Part shown: one piece after another, positions 21,576 to 31,095 of the stretch | Position numbering within the stretch: position 1 is the stretch's first letter | How the letters are laid out: each line of letters starts with the position of its first letter | NCBI GenBank assembly: GCA_963818525.1 | Contig: CAWFSO010000005.1 | Span: forward strand, 870,272 to 934,271 | Direction: 5' to 3' | Length of the DNA: 64,000 nucleotides | Source of the DNA: an uncultured Rikenellaceae bacterium | Lineage (GTDB): Bacteria; Bacteroidota; Bacteroidia; Bacteroidales; VadinHA17 | Position numbers and translations under genes: made by a program | Notes under the pieces: generated by a model | Told to the model about the DNA's origin: nothing | The model's database searches: none | Seen by the model: only the letters and a program-made list of their open reading frames with translations

Positions 21576-21658
21576 CCGCAGGGAAGATCAGAAAGACAAT
21601 ATTCCAGGCAGAGAAACTTTCAATTTTCAATAATTTTTAAAAAAGCCCGATAGTCATT

Positions 21659-22735
21659 ATGCAAAATAAAAATGAGATCACGGAAATAATCTATTATGAC
21701 TGTGGTGAGGTAACAGCTATTAGTTTTTATCTTAATGGGTTTTTGTCTAACCAAAAAAAATATAACTATAAGTTTATTATTAAAAGAGATAGACCTTATT
21801 TTTTAAAGCAATCCTCCCTGACAGGAGAATGGGATAAGTTTGTTTTTCGGCTTGGTTTTTTTGAATTTAAAAATGGAAGCAATAGCTATTTCTTCTGCAT
21901 AGATCGCAGTGATCATTCATCCAACTATATGAATGAGGGGTACATTATTCCTATACTTGAAATTGTAAAATACTATTTAAAAACAAACTATAATTCGACT
22001 GCAATCGACAACGATCCTGGCATAAAAAAGTTTAAAGAGAAGATTATTCCAATTGGTCCAAGTTTTCCTTTGTACATTGATAACATGATCAGATTTATGC
22101 CACGAATTATTCCTGGTAAAAATAATAATTGGACGTTCAAAGAATCCAAGGAACGTCTTAATCTAATGTTCAGGAATCCAAGGTTAAGCTATTTAAAACA
22201 GCTTCGTAAAACAGAAACTGACCTCAATATATTTTTCGTCATGCCTTATTATCCAACTCAAAAAGCATTAAATGAATTTCGCTTTGAAGTGATGAAGGCA
22301 CTACAAAATCTGGTAAAGACAGATATGATTATCGGCTTTGCTCCTACGCAGAAATTGCCGGAGAATCATCAATACTTTGAACAGCGAGTATATGAAATGC
22401 GTGATTATTTTCGTCATTTGGCCAGATCAAAAGTCGCAATTTACGTAAGGGGGCCTCATGATGGCATTTCATCGAAGCTGGGGCAACTTCTGGCTATGGG
22501 AAAACCAATAATCGGTCAAACCATTCATAACAATAAGGAATTATATTATCAAAACCCGTTCTTCAATGAACAATTTGCTTATGATGAACCTGGAGAAATT
22601 GCCAAACAAGTGCACGAGTTATTGCAGCACCCTGAAAAGGCAGCATCATATGCAAAAGCCAATGCACATACCTTTGATACAAAATTTTCACCTGAAATAA
22701 CAGTATCAAAGATTATTGACGCATTAATGAACTAA
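21659..22735 (+). CDS. Hypothetical protein with a glycosyltransferase-like C terminus
   Basis: YFRHLARSKVAI..G..SSKLGQLLAMGKPII resembles the GT1_2/CgeB C-terminal domain; AT-rich. Confidence 0.5.
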   Translation: MQNKNEITEIIYYDCGEVTAISFYLNGFLSNQKKYNYKFIIKRDRPYFLKQSSLTGEWDKFVFRLGFFEFKNGSNSYFFCIDRSDHSSNYMNEGYIIPILEIVKYYLKTNYNSTAIDNDPGIKKFKEKIIPIGPSFPLYIDNMIRFMPRIIPGKNNNWTFKESKERLNLMFRNPRLSYLKQLRKTETDLNIFFVMPYYPTQKALNEFRFEVMKALQNLVKTDMIIGFAPTQKLPENHQYFEQRVYEMRDYFRHLARSKVAIYVRGPHDGISSKLGQLLAMGKPIIGQTIHNNKELYYQNPFFNEQFAYDEPGEIAKQVHELLQHPEKAASYAKANAHTFDTKFSPEITVSKIIDALMN

Positions 22736-22809
22736 TATTTAAAGAATAGGTTGGGAATCTTATAGTATTATTAATTGTTTTTGAAATATTTTAATCAAGG
22801 AGGACACAT

Positions 22810-24093
22810 ATGTTTGGCTTATTAGATCAACTTAAGAAAGTAAAATCTCCAATTAAGATTGGGATCGTAGGTATCGGTTCCATAGGTCGAGGAATGGTGC
22901 TTCAATCTTCGCTTACCCCTGGTATTGAGTGCGCTGCGATTGCAGATATTAATCTGGATAGAGCGATTGAAGTTGCAAAACAGTTTAATTATAACTATAA
23001 GGTAGTTAGCAGTCTTTCTGAAATGAATGAAGCAATTCAGAAGGGGCATCTTGCAGTATGCGAAGACGGAAATTTAATTGCTTGCTGTGAACAAATTAAT
23101 GTCTTTAATGAAGCTACCAGTTCAATAATCGGAGGTGCTCTCTTTGGAGACAAGGCTTTGGACCATAATCAACATCTGATAATGATGAATTATGAAGCAG
23201 ATTTGATGTATGGGAGTTATTTGATGCACAAAGCCCGGAGAAATAACCTGATTTATACAGTTTGTGATGGCGATCAGCCGGCGGTAATTAAACGTATAAT
23301 AGATGAAGTTGAATTCATGGGGTTTAAAACTGTGATGGCTGGAAATATGAAAGGATTTCTGGATAGGCATGTAACCCCTTACTCGATGAAGGGAGAGGCT
23401 GAGAAACGTGATCTGGATCCGAAAATGTGCTCATCTTATTCTGACGGTACAAAATTATGTATCGAAATGGCTGTAATGGCAAATGGAATAGGAGGTTATG
23501 CCGCAATTCCGGGAATGTTCGGGCCGAAAATGTCCCATATTAATGAGATATTTGACCATTTTGATTTTCAAAAAATCTGGAATGGGGAAAATCCAATTGT
23601 TGATTATGTGCTTGATGCTAAACCAAAAGGCGGTGTCTTTGTAATAGGATATACTGATCATCCTTATCAAAAAAGCACTCTGAACTGGTTACCCCCGGAT
23701 ATGGGCCCCGGTCCGTTTTATCTGTTTTATCGTCCCTATCACTTGTGTCATTTCGAATTTGCCGCCACCGTTGCCGAAGTAGTCCTTAACAAAAGAGCCG
23801 TTCTAAAACCCGACTTCGGTTTTAAAACAAATGTATATGCTTATGCAAAGAAGGATCTGAAAATGGGTGAAACCCTGGACGGTCTGGGAGGTTATGCCAG
23901 TTATGGATTAATAGAAAACTGCTCAGATAATAAGTTAAAAGCCGGTTTACCAAGTTGCCTTGCGGAGGACGTTATTTTGAAACGGGATATCCCGAAAGAC
24001 AGTAAAATTTATCTTGAAGATATTGAATACGATGAAAAAAGTGACGGATTTGCTCTCTTTTCAAAATCGTTGCAAGCACAATCAGGTATTTGA
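22810..24093 (+). CDS. NAD(P)-dependent oxidoreductase with C-terminal SAF domain (COG4091-like, 'homoserine dehydrogenase-like')
   Basis: GIVGIGSIG, DGDQP, DGTKLCIEM, YRPYHL, AKKDLKMGETLDGLGG. Confidence 0.85.
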   Translation: MFGLLDQLKKVKSPIKIGIVGIGSIGRGMVLQSSLTPGIECAAIADINLDRAIEVAKQFNYNYKVVSSLSEMNEAIQKGHLAVCEDGNLIACCEQINVFNEATSSIIGGALFGDKALDHNQHLIMMNYEADLMYGSYLMHKARRNNLIYTVCDGDQPAVIKRIIDEVEFMGFKTVMAGNMKGFLDRHVTPYSMKGEAEKRDLDPKMCSSYSDGTKLCIEMAVMANGIGGYAAIPGMFGPKMSHINEIFDHFDFQKIWNGENPIVDYVLDAKPKGGVFVIGYTDHPYQKSTLNWLPPDMGPGPFYLFYRPYHLCHFEFAATVAEVVLNKRAVLKPDFGFKTNVYAYAKKDLKMGETLDGLGGYASYGLIENCSDNKLKAGLPSCLAEDVILKRDIPKDSKIYLEDIEYDEKSDGFALFSKSLQAQSGI

Positions 24094-24279
24094 ATCTTCA
24101 TTAACCGTCACATGATAGCTGAACAGTCCATCCACTCATTACAGAATATCAGAGAACTCCAGAAAAGTATTATTAATTATAAACCGTGATGATATAGTCC
24201 ATGGTTGTACCTCTGTCAACATGTAGTAGACCTGATGCTTACTTCGAATCTTTATCGTACCAGTAATTTATTAGATGTG

Positions 24280-24828
24280 ATGAATGAAATTATTGCCGCT
24301 GACCTCTACAGACATTTTGGCCTCAAAGGCAAGCTGGGTTTAATAAAGGGCTTGTCCTATCCTGGATTTAAGTACACTTTTCTATTCAGGAAGGTTTCTA
24401 TGCATGGAAAAAACTCAGTGAGAGGGATGTTTTACAGAATTTTAATGAGAAGGTATCGATTTAAATATGGCTTCGAAATAAATCAGGAGGCTCAGATTGA
24501 TAAGGGTTTTTATCTGACGAGTCATATAGGTTCTGTAATTATCGGGCAGGCTAAGATAGGGAAGAACTGTAATGTTGGGCACTTGGTTACAATTGGTCGC
24601 GGAATTACCGGAGAGCGTAAAGGATTTGCTACAATAGGAAACAATGTTTGGATTGGAACGGGTGCTGTAATAGTTGGTAACATCAATGTAGGAAATGACG
24701 TACTGATAGCTCCTAACACATATGTGAATTTCAATGTGCCTGATAATTCAGTAGTCTACGGGAATCCGGGGAAAGTTATTAAAGCAAAACATCCCACAGC
24801 TGATCACATTAATTATCCTGTAGATTAG
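24280..24828 (+). CDS. Serine-acetyltransferase-like hexapeptide O-acyltransferase
   Basis: LbH repeats IGKNCNVGHLVTIG, IGNNVWIGTGAVIVG, GNPGK. Confidence 0.82.
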   Translation: MNEIIAADLYRHFGLKGKLGLIKGLSYPGFKYTFLFRKVSMHGKNSVRGMFYRILMRRYRFKYGFEINQEAQIDKGFYLTSHIGSVIIGQAKIGKNCNVGHLVTIGRGITGERKGFATIGNNVWIGTGAVIVGNINVGNDVLIAPNTYVNFNVPDNSVVYGNPGKVIKAKHPTADHINYPVD

Positions 24829-25037
24829 CCCCGGCTATTGAACTGAGATCATTAGATGTGAATGTCAAATAATTATAACATCATGATATTTTATAGCATA
24901 CATAAAAAAAAATAAGCCTTGATTTATGAAAATGTCTTTAAATCATTTGATTAAAATCCTGAATATACCCGACGTAAACAAAGCATAGTAGAACATGAAT
25001 TTCTAAGAATCAAGTACTTACAAAGAAATCTCTGAAT

Positions 25038-25259
25038 ATGAAAGAAAAAATGATCAATGCTCTTGCCGAAGCCCTGGAAATCGAAGCCGCAAAAATTAAA
25101 GAAGAAGACAATTTTCGAGATTATGAGGCGTATAGTTCACTTACTGAGCTGTCGGTTTTGGCTATGCTGGACAGTGACTTCGGAATAGAAATTGAGATGA
25201 AAGAGTTTAATAAATATAAAACCGTAAAAGATCTAATTGATCTTGTAATGTCGAAATAA
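25038..25259 (+). CDS. Acyl carrier protein
   Basis: 73 aa, acidic; FRDYEAYSSL (phosphopantetheine Ser), FGIEI, TVKDL; directly upstream of a KAS III gene. Confidence 0.85.
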   Translation: MKEKMINALAEALEIEAAKIKEEDNFRDYEAYSSLTELSVLAMLDSDFGIEIEMKEFNKYKTVKDLIDLVMSK

Positions 25260-25264
25260 GGCTT

Positions 25265-26323
25265 ATGGGATTGCTTAAATTTGACAACATAGGCATTTCG
25301 GGGCTTGCCGCTGCCGTTCCGAAGAATGTTATAAATAATAGTGACCCAAATCTCTATTTCAGTGCAGAGGAGGCAAGAGAGGTGATTGAAAAAATAGGAG
25401 TTAAGGAGCGCCGATTTGCGGATCAGAATACGTGTTCTTCTGACTTATGCTATGCCGCAGCCGGGAAGCTAATTTCAGAGATGAAAATAGACCGGGAAGA
25501 CATTGATTTGCTTATTTTCATTTCGCAAACTCCTGATTACAGAATGCCTGCCACCTCAGTTTTGCTGCAGGAGAGGTTAAAATTGCCAACCTCAACAATT
25601 GCATTTGACATTAATCTTGGATGCTCGGCATTCCTTTATGGACTGGTCATTGCTTATTCTATGATAAGTAGTGGTGCAGTTGGAAAAGCGCTTATTCTGG
25701 ATGGTGAGACCCGCTCAAAAGTTTATTCACTAAAGGATCGGAAGACCGGGTTTCTTTTTGGGGATGGTGGCGTGGCTGCTCTTGTGGAGAAAAGGGACAT
25801 TTTCCAGAAAAGCTGGTTCTCACTGAACTCAGACGGTTCAAGAGAATCCCTTATAAAAATACATGCAGGAGGTTATCGTAAAATGAGCTCATGCGAAACA
25901 GTGACCGAAAGGGTTGTCGATGATTATGGCAACATTCGTTCAGAAGAACAGGGATATATGAATGGGGCCGATGTTTTCAACTTTGTAATACGAGAGGTAC
26001 CCAGAGATTTCAATAGGATGCTCGAATTTTCAGGTGTAGGTCTTAATACTATTGACTATTTTGTCTTTCATCAGGCCAACAGCTATATTAACGGATTCCT
26101 GGCAAAGAAACTTAAGTTGCCACTTGACAAGCTGCCATCTACAATTGAGAAGTACGGAAACACATCTTCGGTCTCCATACCCCTTACCATTGCATCTGAA
26201 CTTAGAGGCAAACTCTCAGGTCATAAGCGGTTATTGCTGAGCGGGTTCGGTGTAGGCTTAACATGGGGCACAGCACTTATTGACGTAGAAGATTGCTTCA
26301 TAACGGAGATGGTGGAGGTGTGA
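25265..26323 (+). CDS. 3-oxoacyl-ACP synthase III (FabH-like)
   Basis: Catalytic triad intact: DINLGCS, FHQAN, GNTSSVSIP; also GFGVGLTWG. Confidence 0.9.
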   Translation: MGLLKFDNIGISGLAAAVPKNVINNSDPNLYFSAEEAREVIEKIGVKERRFADQNTCSSDLCYAAAGKLISEMKIDREDIDLLIFISQTPDYRMPATSVLLQERLKLPTSTIAFDINLGCSAFLYGLVIAYSMISSGAVGKALILDGETRSKVYSLKDRKTGFLFGDGGVAALVEKRDIFQKSWFSLNSDGSRESLIKIHAGGYRKMSSCETVTERVVDDYGNIRSEEQGYMNGADVFNFVIREVPRDFNRMLEFSGVGLNTIDYFVFHQANSYINGFLAKKLKLPLDKLPSTIEKYGNTSSVSIPLTIASELRGKLSGHKRLLLSGFGVGLTWGTALIDVEDCFITEMVEV

Positions 26324-26496
26324 AATCAAAAACCGATAAGCATTTTTCATATTTTTTCTCATGGTTAGTGATAGCAGATGAATTAGTTTTCTGACAGATC
26401 AGAATTGCCGTTATGAAATCGTTTTCCTTATACATCTAATAAATGATCTGGTGTAACATTATCGGGGTTGCTCATATAAACTAAAATTCTCGACTT

Positions 26497-27270
26497 ATGG
26501 ATCCACAATACAACCCTTTCTCTCTTAAAGACAAATTAATTGTAGTAACAGGCGCCTCTTCTGGCATAGGCAGACAATGCGCTGTTGTCTGTAGTCATGC
26601 AGGTGCAAGGGTGGCTCTGTTAGGTCGGGATCCCGACAGATTGGATGAAACCTTCCGAATGATGAAAGATCCCGGGAGACATGTTACATATACGGTGGAT
26701 TTAGTTGACTTTAATAAAGTTGAAGAAATTGTTGCGGAACTGGTTAGCAAAATGGGTCAGATTGATGGATTGATAAATTGTGCCGGAATCTCCACTACCC
26801 TTCCATTTGCTTCAAGCTCACCTGAAAGGATGGAGCTTTTTCTTAAGACTAATGTCATTGGACCCATGAACCTTACCAGACTGGTAGTTAAACCGTCACA
26901 TTTTTCAAAAGCCGGTGGAAGTATAATTTTTATAAGCTCCGTGATGGGAGTTGTCGGAGAAAGTGGCAAGGTTTTGTACTCAATGACAAAAGGAGCGCTT
27001 ATAACTTCAGTGAAATCCATGGCTATAGAGCTATCAGCCAGAAACATCCGCGTAAACACAATATCTCCGGGTGTTGTGGAATCGCCCATGTCACAACGAG
27101 CTGTCTACAGTAAAGATCAGGAATCTATCAGCAGGATAGAAGGATTACATCTGCTCGGCCTGGGTAAAACTGAAGACATCGCCAATGCTTGTGTCTTTAT
27201 GCTTTCTGAGTCAGGAAGATGGATTACCGGAACAAATCTTATTGTTGATGGCGGATATCTGGCAAAGTAA
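26497..27270 (+). CDS. SDR oxidoreductase, FabG-like ketoacyl reductase
   Basis: TGASSGIG, NCAG, YSMTK, VNTISPG, ITGTNLIVDGG. Confidence 0.88.
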   Translation: MDPQYNPFSLKDKLIVVTGASSGIGRQCAVVCSHAGARVALLGRDPDRLDETFRMMKDPGRHVTYTVDLVDFNKVEEIVAELVSKMGQIDGLINCAGISTTLPFASSSPERMELFLKTNVIGPMNLTRLVVKPSHFSKAGGSIIFISSVMGVVGESGKVLYSMTKGALITSVKSMAIELSARNIRVNTISPGVVESPMSQRAVYSKDQESISRIEGLHLLGLGKTEDIANACVFMLSESGRWITGTNLIVDGGYLAK

Positions 27271-27399
27271 CAGTTTTGGTCTCGACAAAAACCAGGGATT
27301 GACGGGGTAGCGAAAAGCATGCATTGATAAGAGTCAACTAATTATTCGGGGTTCGTCCATTTTGTTAAACCAATTTGTCTTTGGGAAATGCAATAGAGT

Positions 27400-28248
27400 A
27401 TGAGTTCAAAATCAGGAGTCTCAAAACCTTATTTTACTGTTTTTACACCTGTATTCAACGGTGAGAAACATTTGAATCGTGTTTTTAAAAGCATTGTCAA
27501 TATAACCTTTAGAGATTTTGAATGGATTATAATCAATGACGGATCAACAGACAGTTCAGCCATCCTTATCCATAAATTTATTGAAGATCATCCCGGCATC
27601 GACACAATATATATTGAACAGCCCAATTCAGGCAAACATATATCCTGGAACAGAGCTGTTGAAATGGCAAGAGGAACTCTTTTTGTGCCTGCTGATGCTG
27701 ACGATTCTTTTTTACCCGAAACGCTTACCTTCTTCTACGAAAAATGGAATAAAATACCGGTTGAAGGAAGAGAAGGATTGAGCGGAATAAATGTGCTGTG
27801 CCTTGATAATGATTCTGATAAAATCGTAGGGACTTCTTTCCCTGCAGATGGGCTGATTACAAATAATGTGGAATTGGAGTTCGGCTATAAAATTAAAGGT
27901 GAAAAATGGGGTTGTATCAGAACAGATATTCTAAAAAGCCGGCCATTTCCAATAATCAAAGGGTCACATTTCCCTGAAAGCTATCTGTGGTATCAGTTCA
28001 GCAGGAAATATAAGGTAATCTGCTTTAATAAGCCGTTAAGAAGGTATTATACGACTGATACAGGAATCATGCAGACCACTAAGAGGAATAAAAGCAGCAA
28101 AGCCCAGCATAAGGTAAACCTTAAGTATTACCTGTGGCTCAACACTCATTTCGGAGGTTATATCTTGCGTCATTCCCCTAAAAGCTTCATCGATAACATC
28201 AAAGTAATTCTGGGTTCTGCGAGACGGGTGGTTTTTCCGGGCCGATAG
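27400..28248 (+). CDS. Glycosyltransferase family 2
   Basis: FTPVFN, EWIIINDGSTD, NSGKH, DADD. Confidence 0.9.
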   Translation: MSSKSGVSKPYFTVFTPVFNGEKHLNRVFKSIVNITFRDFEWIIINDGSTDSSAILIHKFIEDHPGIDTIYIEQPNSGKHISWNRAVEMARGTLFVPADADDSFLPETLTFFYEKWNKIPVEGREGLSGINVLCLDNDSDKIVGTSFPADGLITNNVELEFGYKIKGEKWGCIRTDILKSRPFPIIKGSHFPESYLWYQFSRKYKVICFNKPLRRYYTTDTGIMQTTKRNKSSKAQHKVNLKYYLWLNTHFGGYILRHSPKSFIDNIKVILGSARRVVFPGR

Positions 28249-28251
28249 TCA

Positions 28252-28785
28252 TTATGCTATGCCAAAATGCTTTTTGATAGTGTCTGTTTTCTCTTTTCTT
28301 TTAAGCCCCTTTGTCTGCAGAAGATCCGGGTTTTGCTTGTAAAGAAACTTTTGAACCTTAATATCCATAATAACCTTTGCCGGGTTTCCTACTATTACAG
28401 AGTTTTCAGGAAACTTTCCACGCAATACGCTGCCTGATCCTATAATACAGTTGTCTCCAATTGTAGTATTGGGAAGGATTGTGCAGTTATTCCCGATAAA
28501 AACATTGTTGCCGATCTTCACCTTTCCGAAGAGATCGGCATTTTTTATTTCATCGCGAAAACACCAGACCCCGCCATCGTGTGTCACAATCTCCGTATCG
28601 TCTGCTATGGCAACATGATCGCCGATCTCAATAAGGTATGGTTCCGTGGAAAAGTTCATTGTTCCTATCAGGCAATCCCTGCCAATCTTCATGCCTTTTC
28701 TCCGCAGGTATCTGATCCTTGCACCGTTACTGGCCTTTTCCAGCAACTTAATTTGAATTCTGTCTATAATCTGCCTCAGAGTCAT
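28252..28785 (-). CDS. Hexapeptide-repeat acyltransferase
   Basis: EPYLIEIGDHV, THDG, IGNNVFIG, GNPAKVI. Confidence 0.85.
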   Translation of the reverse strand: MTLRQIIDRIQIKLLEKASNGARIRYLRRKGMKIGRDCLIGTMNFSTEPYLIEIGDHVAIADDTEIVTHDGGVWCFRDEIKNADLFGKVKIGNNVFIGNNCTILPNTTIGDNCIIGSGSVLRGKFPENSVIVGNPAKVIMDIKVQKFLYKQNPDLLQTKGLKRKEKTDTIKKHFGIA

Positions 28786-28811
28786 CTATTATATTTATAT
28801 TGCAGAGACTG

Positions 28812-29603
28812 TCAATCGACCTTTGCTTCTATCACATCAACGATAAACTGTCCGAAGAGCGGGGCAAGCCTTGCAGAAAATTCGACTCCCGGATGTGAGT
28901 TGTCAGGACTATGAGCATTTGAATCCGTAAGATACAGTCCTCCTTCTGTTTCGTAATTATAGAAATCCCAGATGAAGATATTGTCTCCCTTAACGTCCCA
29001 TTCGTTTACCATCCAATTATAGAAATCCCTGGTTCTTACTGCCTCATCTTCGTTTGACTTCATTTTTGTGTTTGCAGCAGGTGTCCAGACAATGAATTTA
29101 TTATCAGGGAATTCATGCATCTTCACTTTCAGGGCATCGTACTGCAGCTTGTAGTTTTCGATACTCTTCACATCTGAGTTTATGTCCGGGGCTCCTGTGT
29201 CAGCAACTATCCTGCTAACAGGGAAACAGTGTTTGAAGACAATGACATCATACTGTTTAGTCAGAGTTTCAAGTGTTGGCTCTTCCATAAATGGCTCAGT
29301 ACCCGCATTTTTTACCCATATGTTGTAATAATCATAGGGGTAGTTATTCCAGCCGTATGGTGAGCTCTTAGGGAAATTAATGGCGCTTATCTCATAGCTG
29401 GTTTTGTTCTTTCTGTTATATGCACTGAAGAACTTCTGTACATCGCCCTTACCGGTTAGTTTATAAACGTATCTGTTGGTACTGCCTTTCCAGATGGCTT
29501 CACCAGTGCTGTGATGCAGAAATACTATTTTCTTCATGTTGTTGTTATTTGAACCACAACCTGTTATTAACAGGATTAACAATATATATAGCAGGTGTTT
29601 CAT
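28812..29603 (-). CDS. Lipoprotein of unknown function (possibly SGNH-like fold)
   Basis: Lipobox LLITGC after ATG 29603; FLHHSTG, FKHCFP and C-terminal DNSHP. Confidence 0.55.
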   Translation of the reverse strand: MKHLLYILLILLITGCGSNNNNMKKIVFLHHSTGEAIWKGSTNRYVYKLTGKGDVQKFFSAYNRKNKTSYEISAINFPKSSPYGWNNYPYDYYNIWVKNAGTEPFMEEPTLETLTKQYDVIVFKHCFPVSRIVADTGAPDINSDVKSIENYKLQYDALKVKMHEFPDNKFIVWTPAANTKMKSNEDEAVRTRDFYNWMVNEWDVKGDNIFIWDFYNYETEGGLYLTDSNAHSPDNSHPGVEFSARLAPLFGQFIVDVIEAKVD

Positions 29604-29615
29604 ATTGATTTTCCC

Positions 29616-29623
29616 CAAAGATA
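29616..29623 (-). promoter_or_regulatory. Bacteroidota housekeeping-sigma -7 box (TAnnTTTG)
   Basis: TATCTTTG on the minus strand, just upstream of the ATG at 29603. Confidence 0.5.
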
Positions 29624-29654
29624 ATAAACAAATCTGACTGACTCAGGGTTCGGA

Positions 29655-29693
29655 ACAAAACGAAGGAGGCTACCTGATTACGATAGCCTCCTT
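29655..29693 (-). terminator. Intrinsic terminator after the FISUMP gene
   Basis: Perfect 10-bp inverted repeat AAGGAGGCTA / TAGCCTCCTT (29663-29693), followed on the minus strand by CGTTTTGTT. Confidence 0.75.
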
Positions 29694-29716
29694 GCATTTA
29701 GAGTAAAAGGTATTTA

Positions 29717-30997
29717 CTAGTCCTTAACACACCTGATTGCTTTGCCTGCATTTTTGTCAGTTGATGCTTTGTAAACAGCATTATTATTTCCGTCAAGTCT
29801 GCGGTACCATCCTCTGGCTGGATCGTGTTCGGTAGCTGTCCACCAGTAACCAAGGCTATTCTGACCATTGAACTGGCCATCGTTATAGAACCTATATCCT
29901 CCAGGAAGAGCAGAGAAACCGCTCGTGTTCGTTCCGTTTTCTCCTGCATTCCAGCCGGTAGTGTTCTTCATCTTTGATCCATGGTCTGTACCGCGCCAGC
30001 CCCAGATGTCTACATCTGCCTGCGCAAGGCCCAGACTTACCTCCAATACATTGTAATCAGCATCTGATGCTACATGCCATCCGGTGGGACAAATGTTGGT
30101 GCTGTTCGCTGCAAACCAGTTATAGAGTGCACCGTAAACAGGCTTGTTGAAATCAGGATCGTTGCTATACCAGCAGTAACCCGGACCTGCAAGTGCTATC
30201 CATTCAGCAGGAACGCTAGCCAGTGTTATATCAGTATTGTCATTGAACTTTGTTACCTTCAGGTTTTCAGCCATCCAGACCTTATTCCCGATAAGTACAG
30301 TCTTATATAAATTACCCTCGACATCAGTTACAGGAGTAATGAAAGAATATTCGGTTCCGTAGGTGGTCCCTGAACTGTTGGTGGCGTAAGCACGGTAATA
30401 GTAAGTCACCCCGTTTGTCAACCCGGTTATGTTGCTCGCAAAAGTACCGGTGGTTGTACCATCCGTCGTCTTGTTATTGGCAATTGTAGGACCGGTGGCT
30501 GTATGCCAGCAAACACCCCTGGCAAGGATCGTACCCCCGCCGGCATCGGTAATATTACCACCTGCGACAGCCGTAGTTGATGTAAGATTGGTTGCGAGGG
30601 TGGTGGTAACGGCTGCTCCTGTTACCGCGTTGGTAGTGAACGTAAGTTCATTGCCATATGCGGTTCCTACACTGTTGGTTGCATAGGCACGCACAAAATA
30701 AGGTGTCCCTGCCGTTAGGCCGACCAGGTTGCTTGTATATGCTGCTGATCCGTTCCCGTCATTCGTAATAGATGAGGCAATTGTCGGACCTGTGGTGGTA
30801 CTCCAGCATACACCCTTTTGAAGAATCTCTTCCCCACCGTCTGAAGTAATAGAGCCACCTGATACTGCCGTGGTAAGGGTTACTTCCGATACAGCTACTG
30901 TTGTAACTTCGGGTACGGTAGCCTTTTTACACCCCTGAACCAATACCATCAGGGAAATGAGACTAATCAAAACCAAAAGACTTGCATTCTTTTTCAT
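29717..30997 (-). CDS. Lipoprotein with two FN3-like repeats and a FISUMP (Fib_succ_major) domain
   Basis: Lipobox VQGC; repeats GVCWS...YFVRAYATNSVGTAYG; WMAENL, YGALYNW, CPTGWHV, GFSALPGG, YWWT, IRCVKD. Confidence 0.88.
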   Translation of the reverse strand: MKKNASLLVLISLISLMVLVQGCKKATVPEVTTVAVSEVTLTTAVSGGSITSDGGEEILQKGVCWSTTTGPTIASSITNDGNGSAAYTSNLVGLTAGTPYFVRAYATNSVGTAYGNELTFTTNAVTGAAVTTTLATNLTSTTAVAGGNITDAGGGTILARGVCWHTATGPTIANNKTTDGTTTGTFASNITGLTNGVTYYYRAYATNSSGTTYGTEYSFITPVTDVEGNLYKTVLIGNKVWMAENLKVTKFNDNTDITLASVPAEWIALAGPGYCWYSNDPDFNKPVYGALYNWFAANSTNICPTGWHVASDADYNVLEVSLGLAQADVDIWGWRGTDHGSKMKNTTGWNAGENGTNTSGFSALPGGYRFYNDGQFNGQNSLGYWWTATEHDPARGWYRRLDGNNNAVYKASTDKNAGKAIRCVKD

Positions 30998-31095
30998 GAT
31001 ATACTTATATAATTATTAAGTTAATTTATATTCATAACGCAGGTATGACGCATCAATTGTTTTATACGGCGGAATATCTTAAAAGTTTCACGACG

